Below, one piece after another: positions 16,413 to 61,725 of a stretch of DNA of 64,000 nucleotides. A program made the translations under genes and the position numbers. Where the stretch lies: positions 7,360,982-7,424,981 of the forward strand of contig CAVNZM010000013.1 of NCBI GenBank assembly GCA_963693365.1, read 5' to 3'. Under the pieces are notes generated by a model. The model was given only the letters and a program-made list of their open reading frames with translations, was not told where the DNA came from and did no database searches. The DNA is from Amoebidium appalachense (taxonomy: Eukaryota; Protista; Ichthyosporea). Within the stretch, counting starts at the first letter, position 1. Every line of letters starts with the position of its first letter.

Positions 16413-17560
16413 CTACTTACGAACCAGCCCTACACATTCACCGGCCGTCACCACACGCATACCTGCCTTGCGCGCTGAGCGAATCAACTCACGGGCCACC
16501 AGGGGGGCATTTGCCACATAGTCGTGCTGGTACGTCACCATGGAGGTCATGCCTGGGTCTCCTCTTTCGTGCCGTTGAAGGGCATCCACCCATCTCAGAG
16601 CAGTGATATTGCTGATCTCCCCTTGGAGGGTAGGCATGCGAAAATCCTTGAGGTGAACGTTTGCTTGGAAAACAACATATCCCTCCGAATAAGCGACATG
16701 AGTAATGCGGTAGTTTGTGCGAATATAGGGAGGGCGGAGGATTGGTGACAGAGCGTCTTTGCCCAGAATGCCCTCCACGGCATCCTTCAGTTCTGAAAGC
16801 TGTACACGGAGCTCATCGTTGTTAAGACCCGGTGTGAATGCGTGGAAATATGTGTGGCTGCCAATCTCGTGCCCCTCCTCATGGATTCGCCTGAGTGCAT
16901 TTTGGCACTGCAACATGAACTCTGCATCTTGCGCACACTCATACGAATACGTGGGCCGGTTAGGATCCCGAAGAGCGGTAACGTTATTGGATTTCCGTTC
17001 TTTGCATTTCGGGTCGATGTTGAAGCCGTTTACGAAAAACGTTGCCGTTACACCCTCCTCCATTAGCACATCGAGAATGGGATGGGTGGAAGGGAGGGGA
17101 CCGTCGTCAAACGTTAGTGCGAGCATGTTTGGCTCCTTGCACGAACGAAATGCCCAAGCACTTGCCTTAGGTGCAACCTGTTCGGGGGCTGCATACGTGT
17201 AGTAGTGTTCGGGTGGTTGGTGTTCGTTGTCCGCATTCAACCACTTTTTATCGTCAATGGCCATGGTTTTGGCACTGTACGTCGGGACTTGCGTAACTGC
17301 GTCCTTTTTTAACTGAAAACCTATCAAAGGTTCAACAACAGTGTCCTCAAAGGGGAATCCATGATTCCAAACAACAACATGCATGCAACGAAGAGGGGAA
17401 TTGCAATACCCCAATACCTGAAAGAGTGTGCAAGTGGTATCGTCGATTGTGCATGTGAAACACTGCCATTGATGTGTTCTATGGAGATGTAGGGGTCTAT
17501 TTGTTCTGAAAGGTTTGGGCTTTTGGCCAAACATAGCCCTGAATCCAAGTGTGTAGTCAT
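16413..17560 (-). pseudogene. Second CE4 polysaccharide deacetylase paralogue with a 1-nt frameshift near 17361 (pseudogene, alternative-start gene, or sequencing error)
   Basis: Catalytic region is highly similar to the 12739 copy (TFDDGP, HTYFH, RPPY, YQHD, identical C-terminus ECVGLVRK). The ATG at 17560 opens a different frame (MTTHLDSGLCLAKSP...YWGIAIPLFVACMLLFGI) homologous to the N-terminus of copy 1, which stops at 17324. The 17567 start in the ORF track is TTG. Confidence 0.8.
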
Positions 17561-19651
17561 TTTGCAATTTGCGGTTTGGCTTCTACCATTACCACGTGTT
17601 GTGAACGAATTTAGGGTGGTACGTCGGTGTGTTACAGTAGTTAGCAGCAGCTATAGGCAAAGGCTGAGATCATTCGTGCTCTGGTGGGATGTTCATTTCA
17701 AAGAAGAAGAAGAAGAATAAGAAGAAAGAAGACTGCCCGAAGCTCTGAAAAGAGAAAACATGCGGGCCCTTCGTTATTACGTGGCAATCATTATGTACTC
17801 ACTCGGAAGAGTATGCATGTGTTGTTCACGAAAAAAAAAAAAAAAAGAAAAAAAAAACCCCAAACTCAAACTTCTTTTGATTTGCTTGCCACCACTGCAA
17901 CCACACGGCCCTAGCGGCCCGTCCATCTTTATTAGAATCATAATCCTGATCTTTGAAGCTACAGCAGAACAGTAAGCCTAAATGAATAACCAACCATGGT
18001 CTGTAAAGTACCTATGCAAACGACCAAACTTGAGAGCCTCTTTGGAGTTTCAGCTTCGTATTATTATATCAGATACCATGTCCCCAAAGGGCTTTCTAGT
18101 CGATCATTGCGAATGCGGGGACTAAATAATGGACTGCGCAGCATATGCATGACTGTGACGCATGCATGCGGATGGGTGAAAAATATTTTTGTTACTATGC
18201 CGTGGGTACGGCCGTCTATTACTGGGCAGCTGTATCGCAGCCCAGTGCGCTTCACGCTCCAATGGAATATGCAACTATTGGTTATGTTAGATACTAATAC
18301 ATCACTTTATTCTGCTTCCTACATCAAAAAGAGTAAAAAGAGAAGTAAGAATTTTCGACAAGGGAACAAGGAGTACAAAGGGAGTGATCTATTTTTAGCA
18401 TCGCAATCCACGGAGCACAGTCTCCCTAGAATGGCAACACGAGGACGCTAAAAGAAAAAAAAAGGGGTGACAAAACAAGAAGCACTTGTTTGCATAGAGC
18501 TAGGTAACACGAATTTCTACTAAGTGTACATCCGTTGTTCAAAAATACGCAATTTGGCTCAGATATTTAGGGCGAGGGCCGGCCGATGATGGGGAGGGGC
18601 GATCAGTGGAGAACACCTCCGATTTAGTAAACCAAACGCATCACTCGACGCAGCTCTATTGGGCCAATGAAACAGCGTCTATCTAAATCTTATTCTTCCA
18701 ATAGATGCAGATCTAATCACTCTGACGGTGCTGTCTCCCTGCAACTGCGGCCTCTTCTTCTTTTATGTTTTTTTTTCTTCTTTTTTTTCTTTCTTTTTCT
18801 TTCTTTTTTTGCCCCCCTTCTTCTTCTTTTTTTTTTTTTTGTCGCCGTCCCGCAGCGTAGTAAGACCGGGCCCGGCTACTTACGTAAGCCAGCGGGTACA
18901 TCCCTGACATGACATGACTCCATGTTCACTGTGTTGGCAATGTAAACAACTGAAACAACGTTTACACAAAGCAAGCAAGCAATGCCATTCGGAAATGACA
19001 ATCCTATACTACGGCATGGGTGTAGTGAGCGTGTACAAGGCCAGTACTTGTCAAGTTTGTGTACGTAAACTTTGTGACAAGCGAGCTATATATACAAATT
19101 GTGTAAATGCATGGTCGTGATATTAGTAGCACACGAGCTAGCTAGATAGCGCTGTGTGTGGAGATGTGTGTGGTGTGTCACACGCGTGCGCTTTCGCGTG
19201 TTCCCCTAACGGTTTTTGTGTTCAGAAATTTGCCCGTTGAATCTTCCTGGGGAAAACATAGATGCATAATATTATTCAAACAATAGTGTGCGGGACGCGT
19301 CTTGGCTCCTGTCCTGTTACTATAGTCGACGTATGCATGTTCGTGTATCGATGGTATGCACGCGAGCTCCCATGCCAGGCACTACAACTGACTCACGGCC
19401 CTGAGCTCGAGACCGTCTGCTGAAAGAGGGCACCAGGGCCTGTTCGAACTCGGGAAGTTCGAACACGCAGTCGCGAGGCCTATCTATGCTAGCTTGTGCG
19501 CTAATTATAATATGCATAGTACTAGTAGTACTAGTACTATTCTACGCAAGTTTGCCATTCTCTCTCTCTCAGGCTGTACGTACGTGTGTGGTGTAATGAT
19601 ATATATGTAATGTGCGTGCGTGCGCATGCGTGCGTGCGTGCGTGCGTGTTT

Positions 19652-19682
<31 letters not shown>

Positions 19683-19711
19683 GTGTGTGTACGTGTGTGT
19701 GTGTGTGTGTA

Positions 19712-19856
<145 letters not shown>

Positions 19857-19920
19857 ATTAGTGCCTCAGTGACGTACACTGCGGCCTCAGCCGGGGCTGC
19901 CAGCCTGCCGCTTGCTCGTA

Positions 19921-21732
19921 ATTTTTTTTTTTCTTTTGACTGGATTTATTCGACGGAAAGATATGCAAGTATGCACGGCATACTGAGAAGACAATAAAAA
20001 CTTCACGAGTTATCCAGTAACAAGTGCATACTGAGATACCTGAACACTGTGTGAAAATCGTATAAATACTCAATGTGACGACCAACAGAATTCAACAAAA
20101 AGTCTAAAGTGTTCACATTGCCAGCTAGTGTAGCAGATACCCGTAGGGAAAGAGGTAAAACGCGACATAAAAATTCACACCTATCAACATGCTTGCGATT
20201 AAAAAGGTCAGCACAAAAGTGGCACCAGCGGCGATGAAAACAAGAATTACAGCGCCACTGCACAACTTCCCAGGCAATATCAACATCAGAGCACCATACA
20301 GACTTATCTACTAAGGTGGTATCCATACGGACAGCAGGAGAAATGTATCCTGCCAAAGCTCCCAAAAAGCGATAATGAGCAGCACGGTGTTGCCTAAGGA
20401 ACATAACACATGCCGACTGAGTTTTACCTTTGATTTCTCTATCAGAACGAGAAAGAAACTTATACTGCGTATGGTAATAACGCGAAAAGGCAGAAAAAAC
20501 AGGAAGAGAAAAGAAAGAGGGAGTGAGATAGCGAGAGGAAGAATCAGGTGGAAAGAGGGTAGGCTGAGGACATTCAGAAGTAGCGTTGGTGAATCGGGGG
20601 GGAAGAGGGATGGAGGGAGGGGGGGGAAAGAAAGCATAAAGAGGGTGACCATCAGGTAGCCTAACTAAATGAAAACAAAAACGAAGAGACAATTCCTCCA
20701 TACGACAAACAGCAGACGACAATCCAAACATACTGATTAAGGGAGGCACAAACCGAGTACGAAACAAAGTGCGCAGCGCAGTACCCTGAAAATCGTCGAA
20801 CTCGTTCAGCGCCATTGCCGCCTCGCGAGGTGGGGCGCAGGCCAATAGCGGAAGTCCATATTCGAAGTCGGCCGTAAAGAAGTTTTATAGTAGAGAAGAA
20901 GGTTCGCAGGATGGATCACAGATTCCTGTTGAAACATACTTGACACGATGTGAAGCTTACCCTTCGCACGAGCGATCCGTGCCGTGAGGACCTTGCGGAA
21001 ATCAATACCCCGTGCAGTAAAAGGAATACCCAAATAGTCATAGGTACTCTGAACAGGAATAGGAAGACCGGCCAATCGAAAGGAAGTGTTCTTCGAAAAA
21101 GCCTACGTAGTAGCACACTTTGCAATTCCGACTGTCATGAGATTCTCGGTGCACCATTGATCCACCTGACGAAGCATCTGGTGCTGACATCTTCGGTTAA
21201 GGAACAAAGAACAATATCGTCCGCAAAAAGGAGACCCGGTACACGGCGGGTATGCAGTTGGCCAAAGGGTTCGAGGGCGCAGGCTAAATCGTCAATGAAA
21301 ACGTCAAACAACAACGGACTCAGGAGGGACCCCTGCAGAAGACCCCGGGAACGGGAAAAACCGGGTGTTAATTATAATGTTCCATTGACCGCCGCTCGTC
21401 CGCGAGTGGTATCGAACAACGCTTGCAGAAAACGGCCAAAGGGGGCTGGTAAGCCCCGCATAGCCAGCTTATGCCATAACAAACCAGTGGGTACGGTGTC
21501 GTAGGCGTTCTTAAGGTCGATGAAGACAACGTGTGGAGAGCCAGACGTAATGGATTCATGGAGTAACAGACTGTGAGTATAACACGAATAGGCATGACGA
21601 AAGCCCCCTTGAAGGGAAGAAAGACGGAACACGGCGTTTAAAGAATCGTCGGTGTGAAAGGCGCGAAGCATGCAACCCTCGAAGAGCCGACGAAAAACGT
21701 TGGTAAGTGTGACGGGACGAAAGTCGTTAATT
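19921..21732 (-). mobile_element. Decayed 5'-truncated non-LTR retrotransposon (LINE): reverse transcriptase and C-terminal Cys/His motif
   Basis: Minus strand reads DFRPVTLTN, QGGFR, FIDLKNAYDTV, RGLLQGSLLSPLLFDVFIDDL, LLFADDIVL, YDYLGIPF and CHFCADLFNRKHVDRC, broken by stops and frameshifts. Short 3' UTR with AATAAA and poly(A) at ~19922-19932. TAATT at 19919-19923 and 21728-21732 is a candidate TSD. Confidence 0.92.
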
Positions 21733-21771
21733 CCGCTAAATTAGGGAACTTGTGTAGCCACCATTGATTAA

Positions 21772-21785
21772 TTTTGGCGGGAAAA
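21772..21785 (+). promoter_or_regulatory. E2F-type site upstream of the SHOC1-like gene
   Basis: TTTTGGCGGGAAAA matches the E2F consensus; a CCAAT (GCCAATC) lies at ~21818; ~420 bp upstream of the proposed ATG. Confidence 0.45.
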
Positions 21786-22201
21786 AGAGTGAAATATCAC
21801 AACTTGAAATGCAACCCGCCAATCTTTCGCCAGGACCTCGAGCTAGCCGGGCGCTCAGATCTAGAGACCAACAGGACAAGCTTTAGCGTATCCAGTAAAA
21901 AAATATAAACGAAAAAACTTATAGAAGTAGGATTTTCGACTTTTTCTAGTGATAGCTAAGGGAATGCATGTTGCGTGTTCGGCCCAACAAGGTCATTGGA
22001 TTGAACTTGATATACTCATCGTAATTCAATTTCTATTCTCCAAACACCAAACACACACTGTTGCTGATAAATTGTGTGTTCGGGAACAACAGAAAAGCCA
22101 TTATGGTTTGAAAAGTCGCCCTAACAAAGCAGTCAAACACAGATACTGACACAGATCTAAATGCGAAGATGCTAAGAGTTCACGACTGAACAGCCACGAA
22201 G

Positions 22202-55928
<33,727 letters not shown>

Positions 55929-56495
55929 ACATTAGCATCGTCACTCATATAGGCAGGTTAACATTGGATTAAAGGGAAGTTGGTACATAGATACCCTGAA
56001 TATATTTTGCTAGCTTGAACCCGAGTAGTTTTTACCTTTATGAAGTCAATGTTTCAAGGGGTTTCTGTGCTTGGTATTGTTGACGATTGATGACTATTCG
56101 TTTCGAATAAGTGCAACCCCACAAGCGCGTGCATAAGACAAACCAATATAATAATAAAAAGGGCATGCACGCACGAAGTCCGTCTGCAGCTCAAACCTGC
56201 ATGCTTTTCCTCTCTATTTCTCTCTTCCCCAACTTCCCCCCAATTATTTTTATTCATAAGGCTCACCAGTTAGTTCAAAATTACGTACGCTATAGCTGTA
56301 TAATCGGACGAAATCACTATCTGTGAAAGGCTGATGACGACGTCATAATTGGCGCCATCTGATGGAGATTGGTGTGACGCACGAAATATGTACGCGTACA
56401 TACATACTGCATGGTGTTCTACACTCGAGCTCACCACACTGTAGCAAATATAGCTTCCACACCGCCCCACCGCCGCAACAGCACAGCACTTCACT

Positions 56496-57279
56496 ATGGC
56501 CTGCTCTGAAGCTCCCGACCCTCCCGCTCAGCTCTGTGACCGCCCGGGCTGTGAGAATCGTTTCAGCGATTTTTTTTTCGCTCCTACGCCAGCATCGAGC
56601 AACGTGCAAAGGCAACGTCGGTTACGAAAAAACAAACCACAAACAGTGTCCGGCACACTCAAACCACGCGGGGGAGGAGAGGAAGACAGTTAAAGATGGA
56701 GAGGCAAGAGAGAGAGAGGAAGAGACAGAGGGGATGGAGGTTGATGGTGAAGGAAGGTGTAGGCAGAGTGATGGCACGGTTTTCGCATGCTTGCTGGAGG
56801 GCTGTGACTGGGTGTACCTGACCAAAGAGCACTTGGAGAGACACGTGGAGGAACACTTTGACTATGGAAGTGACAGTGGGTCCGAGGAGGAGGAGGAGGG
56901 GGAAGAAGAGGGGGAGGAAGTAGAGATGCATCGGTGCCCAGCTGTAGGTTGTGGGAAAGAATATACACTCAAGTCAAGCTTTCGCAAGCATATGAGAACG
57001 AAACACGGTGAACACATCCGAAAAAGCAAAAAAAGACGGAGGGTTTCAGCAGACCCCAAACCTTTCAAGAAGCCACAGAAGCACACGGGTGACGAGCAGT
57101 ACGTGTGCACGCACACTGGGTGTAACATGGAATTCAGGCTGGAGAGATACCTCATAAAACACCAGAGGTTTCACACTGGGGACCGGAGATATGTCTGCAA
57201 AATTAACGGGTGCAACTATAGCCACAACAATAAGACGGTGGTGAGCAAGCACCGTTTGGCCCATGAAGAAACTGTGTAG
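56496..57279 (+). CDS. Intronless C2H2 zinc-finger protein (4 clear fingers plus a probable N-terminal finger across a frameshift)
   Basis: FACLLEGCDWVYLTKEHLERHVEEH, HRCPAVGCGKEYTLKSSFRKHMRTKH, YVCTHTGCNMEFRLERYLIKHQRFH-TGDRR-YVCKINGCNYSHNNKTVVSKHRLAH, with an acidic linker. ATG 56496 gives CDRPGCENRFSDF, which continues as SLLRQHRATC in the main frame after a T9 run at 56570-56578. Confidence 0.85.
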
Positions 57280-57781
57280 TGAAGAGGTGGTGAAAGATAG
57301 TTCTGTAAGAAAGGAAAAGCGTATGTTGGTAGAGACCGAAGCAGGTACTTGCCTTGAAGTAGCAGTGTAAATACGAAAGCTTTGAGGCTTATGTGTGGGA
57401 GGTGAGTAGTACCTGTGGCAGTTAGAGGTGTGGTATGTGCTTAGAAAAACCAGCCTCAATATATATATATATAGACATTTTTCTAAATTCTGTTTAATTT
57501 GGTAGGTACATACTGCTTGTTGTGGTAAGCGGTGTACACGACAAAGCACTGCATACAGACTCTGAATGCAGGTTCGCAACGCACGCACGCACGTACACAC
57601 ACACTCACATCCACACATACGCGCGCACACGACACGTACATGCAGCTGGAACCACTATGTACATCATGAGCTCACGGAATTCGTTGCCGTGCTTGAAGCA
57701 CACACTTAGTTCAGAAAAAAGTTTTGAATTCCGAGTTTGTACGTTGGTGATTGGTTGGGTGGTAGTGTTTTTTTTTTTTTT

Positions 57782-57839
<58 letters not shown>

Positions 57840-57916
57840 CTAACACGTACTGACGTGTTGCCGCACGTGCGACGTTATACATCTACTTGTGTGTCCCTTT
57901 TTGCAAAAGCAAAAAA

Positions 57917-57949
<33 letters not shown>

Positions 57950-58008
57950 GAAAAAGGAGACACCGTCTCAGTAGGTGGGGGTGGGGGGGTGGGGGGGGGG
58001 GGGGGGGG

Positions 58009-58054
<46 letters not shown>

Positions 58055-58544
58055 AGAGGCGGAGCTGCAAGTGGCGCTAATTTTGTGGGTGAGCTGATTG
58101 GTAGAATTTCGCGCGCTAAACGTGTTTGCGCAGAACTTGCGCAATATGGACGAGTTGCGCAAACTGACTCTCTGTGGCTGGGTCACACGGCCCTCTATCA
58201 CGGGCTGGCACCAGCCTGCACTGGTGATGACAGGTTTCATGTTGGCGGCGCGGGCCCGGACCCGGCCCGGCCCGCCGTTTGACACGCTGAGCCCTTGTTT
58301 GCTTCATTCTGATTGGTTGTCACACCACGGGATTTCCCGATTGTTCTTCGAATGACATTTGCTATCACTATCAGACAGTTCTCCAATATCAGAACAGAAA
58401 ACGGTCTCTACCCAGATGGCCAGATGGCCAGGTCAAATTCAGTGTGTGAAAAAAGGTGGATAAAACGGGATAAAACGGTGAGCAAAATGATCTGGCCATC
58501 TGGCCATGTGGCCATGGAATCTCTATATCTAAAAATAGCTGCCA

Positions 58545-58760
58545 CTGCGCCGGGGCGCGGTTCCGGGAGGCAGGGGGGCAGGGGAGCACTCACTGGCCCT
58601 GCGCCGGGGCGTGGTTCCGGGAGGCAGGGGGGCAGGGGAGCACTCACTGGCCCTGCGCCGGGGCCTGGTTCCGGGAGGCAGGGGAGCAGGGGAGCCACTC
58701 AGTGTGTGGGTGTGCATATGGCCATGGTCACACTGGGGGCCTGGTTCCGGGAGGCAGGGG
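58545..58760. repeat. GC-rich tandem repeat, 54-bp unit, ~3 copies plus a degenerate tail
   Basis: CTGCGCCGGGGCG(C/T)GGTTCCGGGAGGCAGGGGGGCAGGGGAGCACTCACTGGCC repeated. Confidence 0.9.
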
Positions 58761-58909
58761 AGCAGGGGAGCAGGGGAGCAAGGGGAGCAGGGGAGCTGGG
58801 GGGTAGGGGGGCAGGGGAGCAGGGGAGCAGGGGGGGCTGGGGAGACTGGCATGCCACTCAGTGTGTGGATAGTGTATGTTGGCACCATGCGGCTGTGTGT
58901 GTGGTTTTT

Positions 58910-59392
58910 TTATTTGGGCTTGTGCTTATGGCAATGGGTCGTAGATTTCACCCTGTTTTTGCAGGGATTGCCAGCCTTGGTTTTGCCCTGGCAGTACCCA
59001 TTTTCCCTGCCCACACCTACTGCTGCAGCTACAACCGGTGGCTGTGGTGCACCCATGGGTGGATCCGGAGTGGACACAGTTGGCACGGGTGCCCCGGTGC
59101 GCTCGGTGCGAGGGCGCTGCATTTCTGCGACTGTAAAGGCGGCCATGAGGTCGTCCAACAGGAGGTTTGCATGACCATAGTCCCCGGCCTTGTGGGTGTG
59201 GAGGATGTTGATGGTGTTGTCGCTGTAGAGGAGGACACCGGTGGCAGGGGCAAAGCATACCCAGGGCTTGAAGCCGTCCTTGTGGTGTGGGCATGTTTTC
59301 TTTTTGTTTTTGCACTGGGCTTTTTTTGAGGGTGCAAATGCAGGGCATCGTTCGGGGTCAACCGAATCGGGGCGCAAAAGTGCGTCTCCCAT
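58910..59392 (-). CDS. Intronless 160-aa protein with two Cys3-His motifs (DUF5763-like)
   Basis: From ATG 59392 (MGDALLRP...): CPAFAPSKKAQCKNKKKTCPHH near the N-terminus and YCQGKTKAGNPCKNRVKSTTHCHKH at the C-terminus. The C.G.TK.G..C...C..H pattern is what I associate with DUF5763. Confidence 0.65.
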   Translation of the reverse strand: MGDALLRPDSVDPERCPAFAPSKKAQCKNKKKTCPHHKDGFKPWVCFAPATGVLLYSDNTINILHTHKAGDYGHANLLLDDLMAAFTVAEMQRPRTERTGAPVPTVSTPDPPMGAPQPPVVAAAVGVGRENGYCQGKTKAGNPCKNRVKSTTHCHKHKPK

Positions 59393-59696
59393 TTCTAGTG
59401 TTTTGTTTTGGTGTGCACTGTTCTTGGATTGGGGTGAAGTGAGACAAAAAGTAAAAGCGAGTACTTTTTGTTGACTGGTTGATGGCATATCAATCAATCT
59501 CTTGGTGCCAAACCACTGACCAATCACATGGGTGTATTCACGAATTCCAATCTAAATTCGGCATCTGGAGAGAGGGGTACTGGTAAAACACAAGAGCAAC
59601 ACGGCATCAAGAGTTTGTACCACAGGCAAGATCTCAGAGAGGTCACTTTTGGGGTGTAACACGTCGGATACTGAAAGTTTTGTGAGGTACACGTAC

Positions 59697-59969
59697 ATGT
59701 TCGACAGCACGGTCACCACAGGCATTCTTTATGTGATATCTATATGCAGTGTCGTTGCAAATATACACTGGTACAATTTAATGAAGTCCGAACCGAATGC
59801 TAGAGAGAAAGTGAACAAAATGTATCTGGTGTACGTCAGCGCTGCTATTGTCCTCACATGTTTATTGGTTACACCATTGATGTATCCAGTCATATACTAT
59901 TTCAATAAGAAGACGGGTGCTGCGGAGTACGACACCACTCTGAGACAAACAAGTCACTCGGACTTTTAA
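59697..59969 (+). CDS. Small (90 aa) two-transmembrane protein of unknown function
   Basis: ATG 59697; hydrophobic segments VTTGILYVISICSVVANIHWY and MYLVYVSAAIVLTCLLVTPLMYPVIYYF. Non-repetitive, and divergent from the 59392 ORF across a 300-bp CCAAT-containing spacer. Confidence 0.5.
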   Translation: MFDSTVTTGILYVISICSVVANIHWYNLMKSEPNAREKVNKMYLVYVSAAIVLTCLLVTPLMYPVIYYFNKKTGAAEYDTTLRQTSHSDF

Positions 59970-59995
59970 TCCGATTGACGTGTCACCGCGCCAGC

Positions 59996-60385
59996 GCTGC
60001 ATACAAAAAGACCCGAAGTGGAGTATACGACAAACCCAGCGCCAGCGCTTCATACCCAAAGTGGATACAATAAAAAGACAGTTGCTGTGTGTGCAAAGCT
60101 GTGTGTGCAAAAAGAGGGGAAATAAGCTGCATACAAAAGCCCCGAAGTGGAGTATACGACAAACCCAGCGCCAGCGCTTCATACCCAAAGTGGATACAAT
60201 AAAAAGACAGTTGCTGTGTGTGCAAAGCTGTGTGTGCAAAAAGAGGGGAAATAAGCGCTGCATACAAAAGCCCCGAAGTGGAGTATACGACAAACCCAGC
60301 GCCAGCGCTTCATACCCAAAGTGGATACAATAAAAAGACAGTTGCTGTGTGTGCAAAGCTGTGTGTGCAAAAAGAGGGGAAATAA
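59996..60385. repeat. Tandem repeat, 130-bp unit x3
   Basis: GCTGCATACAAAAG..CCGAAGTGGAGTATACGACAAACCCAGCGCCAGCGC...GAGGGGAAATAA starts at 59996, 60126 and 60257. Confidence 0.95.
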
Positions 60386-60389
60386 ACAC

Positions 60390-60572
60390 TTTAAACGTGC
60401 ATGCAATATACATCGATAGACTTATGAAAGCACACAAACTGTGTGCCACACGGGCATGCATGCATGGGGAGGGAGTGTGGGGTGGGGGGGGAGGGGGGGG
60501 GGGGGGTGGGGGGGGGGAAGACTTTGAACGTGCATAGACTGTGTGCCACACGGGCATGCATGCATGGGGAAG

Positions 60573-60622
<50 letters not shown>

Positions 60623-60709
60623 GACTTTGAACGTGCATGCAATAGACTTATGAAAGCACACAAACTGTGTGCCACACGGGCATGCATGCATGGGGAGGGA
60701 GTGTGGGGT

Positions 60710-60740
<31 letters not shown>

Positions 60741-60827
60741 GACTTTGAACGTGCATGCAATAGACTTATGAAAGCACACAAACTGTGTGCCACACGGGCA
60801 TGCATGCATGGGGAGGGAGTGTGGGGT

Positions 60828-60868
<41 letters not shown>

Positions 60869-61170
60869 GACTTTGAACGTGCATGCAATAGACTTATGAA
60901 AGCACACAAACTGTGTGCCACACGGGCATGCATGCATGGGGAGGGAGTGTGGGGTGGGGGGGGGGGGGGGGGGGGTGGGGGGGAGACTTTGAACGTGCAT
61001 AGACTGTGTGCCACACGGGCATGCATGCATGGGGAGGGAGTGTGGGGTGGGGGGGGGGGGGGGGGGTGGGGGGGGGGGGGGGGGGGAGACTTTGAACGTG
61101 CATGCAATAGACTTATGAAAGCACACAAACTGTGTGCCACACGGGCATGCATGCATGGGGAGTGTGGGGT

Positions 61171-61212
<42 letters not shown>

Positions 61213-61392
61213 GACTTTGAACGTGCATGCAATAGACTTATGAAAGCACACAAACTGTGTGCCACACGGGCATGCATGCATGGGGAGGGAGTGTGGGGTG
61301 GGGGGGGGGGGGGGGGGGGTGGGGGGGAGACTTTGAACGTGCATAGACTGTGTGCCACACGGGCATGCATGCATGGGGAGGGAGTGTGGGGT

Positions 61393-61436
<44 letters not shown>

Positions 61437-61511
61437 GACTTTGAACGTGCATAGACTTATGAAAGCACACAAACTGTGTGCCACACGGGCATGCATGCAT
61501 GGGGAGGGAGT

Positions 61512-61543
<32 letters not shown>

Positions 61544-61562
61544 GACTTTGAACGTGCATGCA
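60390..61562. repeat. Tandem array of 10 units (~90-135 bp), each ending in a variable-length G-run
   Basis: Core ACTGTGTGCCACACGGGCATGCATGCATGGGG counted 10 times; long and short unit variants differ by the GCAATAGACTTATGAAAGCACACAA segment. Confidence 0.95.
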
Positions 61563-61633
61563 AGTGTGTACCAAAAGGGACCTGGACTTCTTTGTATACA
61601 ATCGATATTTAATCGGTTGAAAACAGCAAAACA

Positions 61634-61725
61634 AGACTTGTACATATATAATAACCACAAGATACTAAACCATCCAGAAGACTTGTACATATATAATAAC
61701 CACAAGATACTAAACCATCCAGAAC
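61634..61725. repeat. 45-bp tandem duplication
   Basis: AGACTTGTACATATATAATAACCACAAGATACTAAACCATCCAGA x2. Confidence 0.9.

Noticed and set aside
13095-17202. Paired ~148-aa ORFs (13095-13544 - and 16759-17202 +)
   Set aside because: Antisense shadows of the two deacetylase paralogues.
20950-21504. 184-aa plus-strand ORF
   Set aside because: Antisense shadow of the LINE reverse transcriptase.
58313-59329. 338-aa plus-strand ORF
   Set aside because: Made of GC-rich tandem repeats plus the antisense of the Cys3-His gene; non-ATG start and no recognisable domain.
60390-61562. CRISPR-like repeat-spacer array
   Set aside because: Repeats are too long, spacers are only G-runs, no cas genes are present and the context is eukaryotic.
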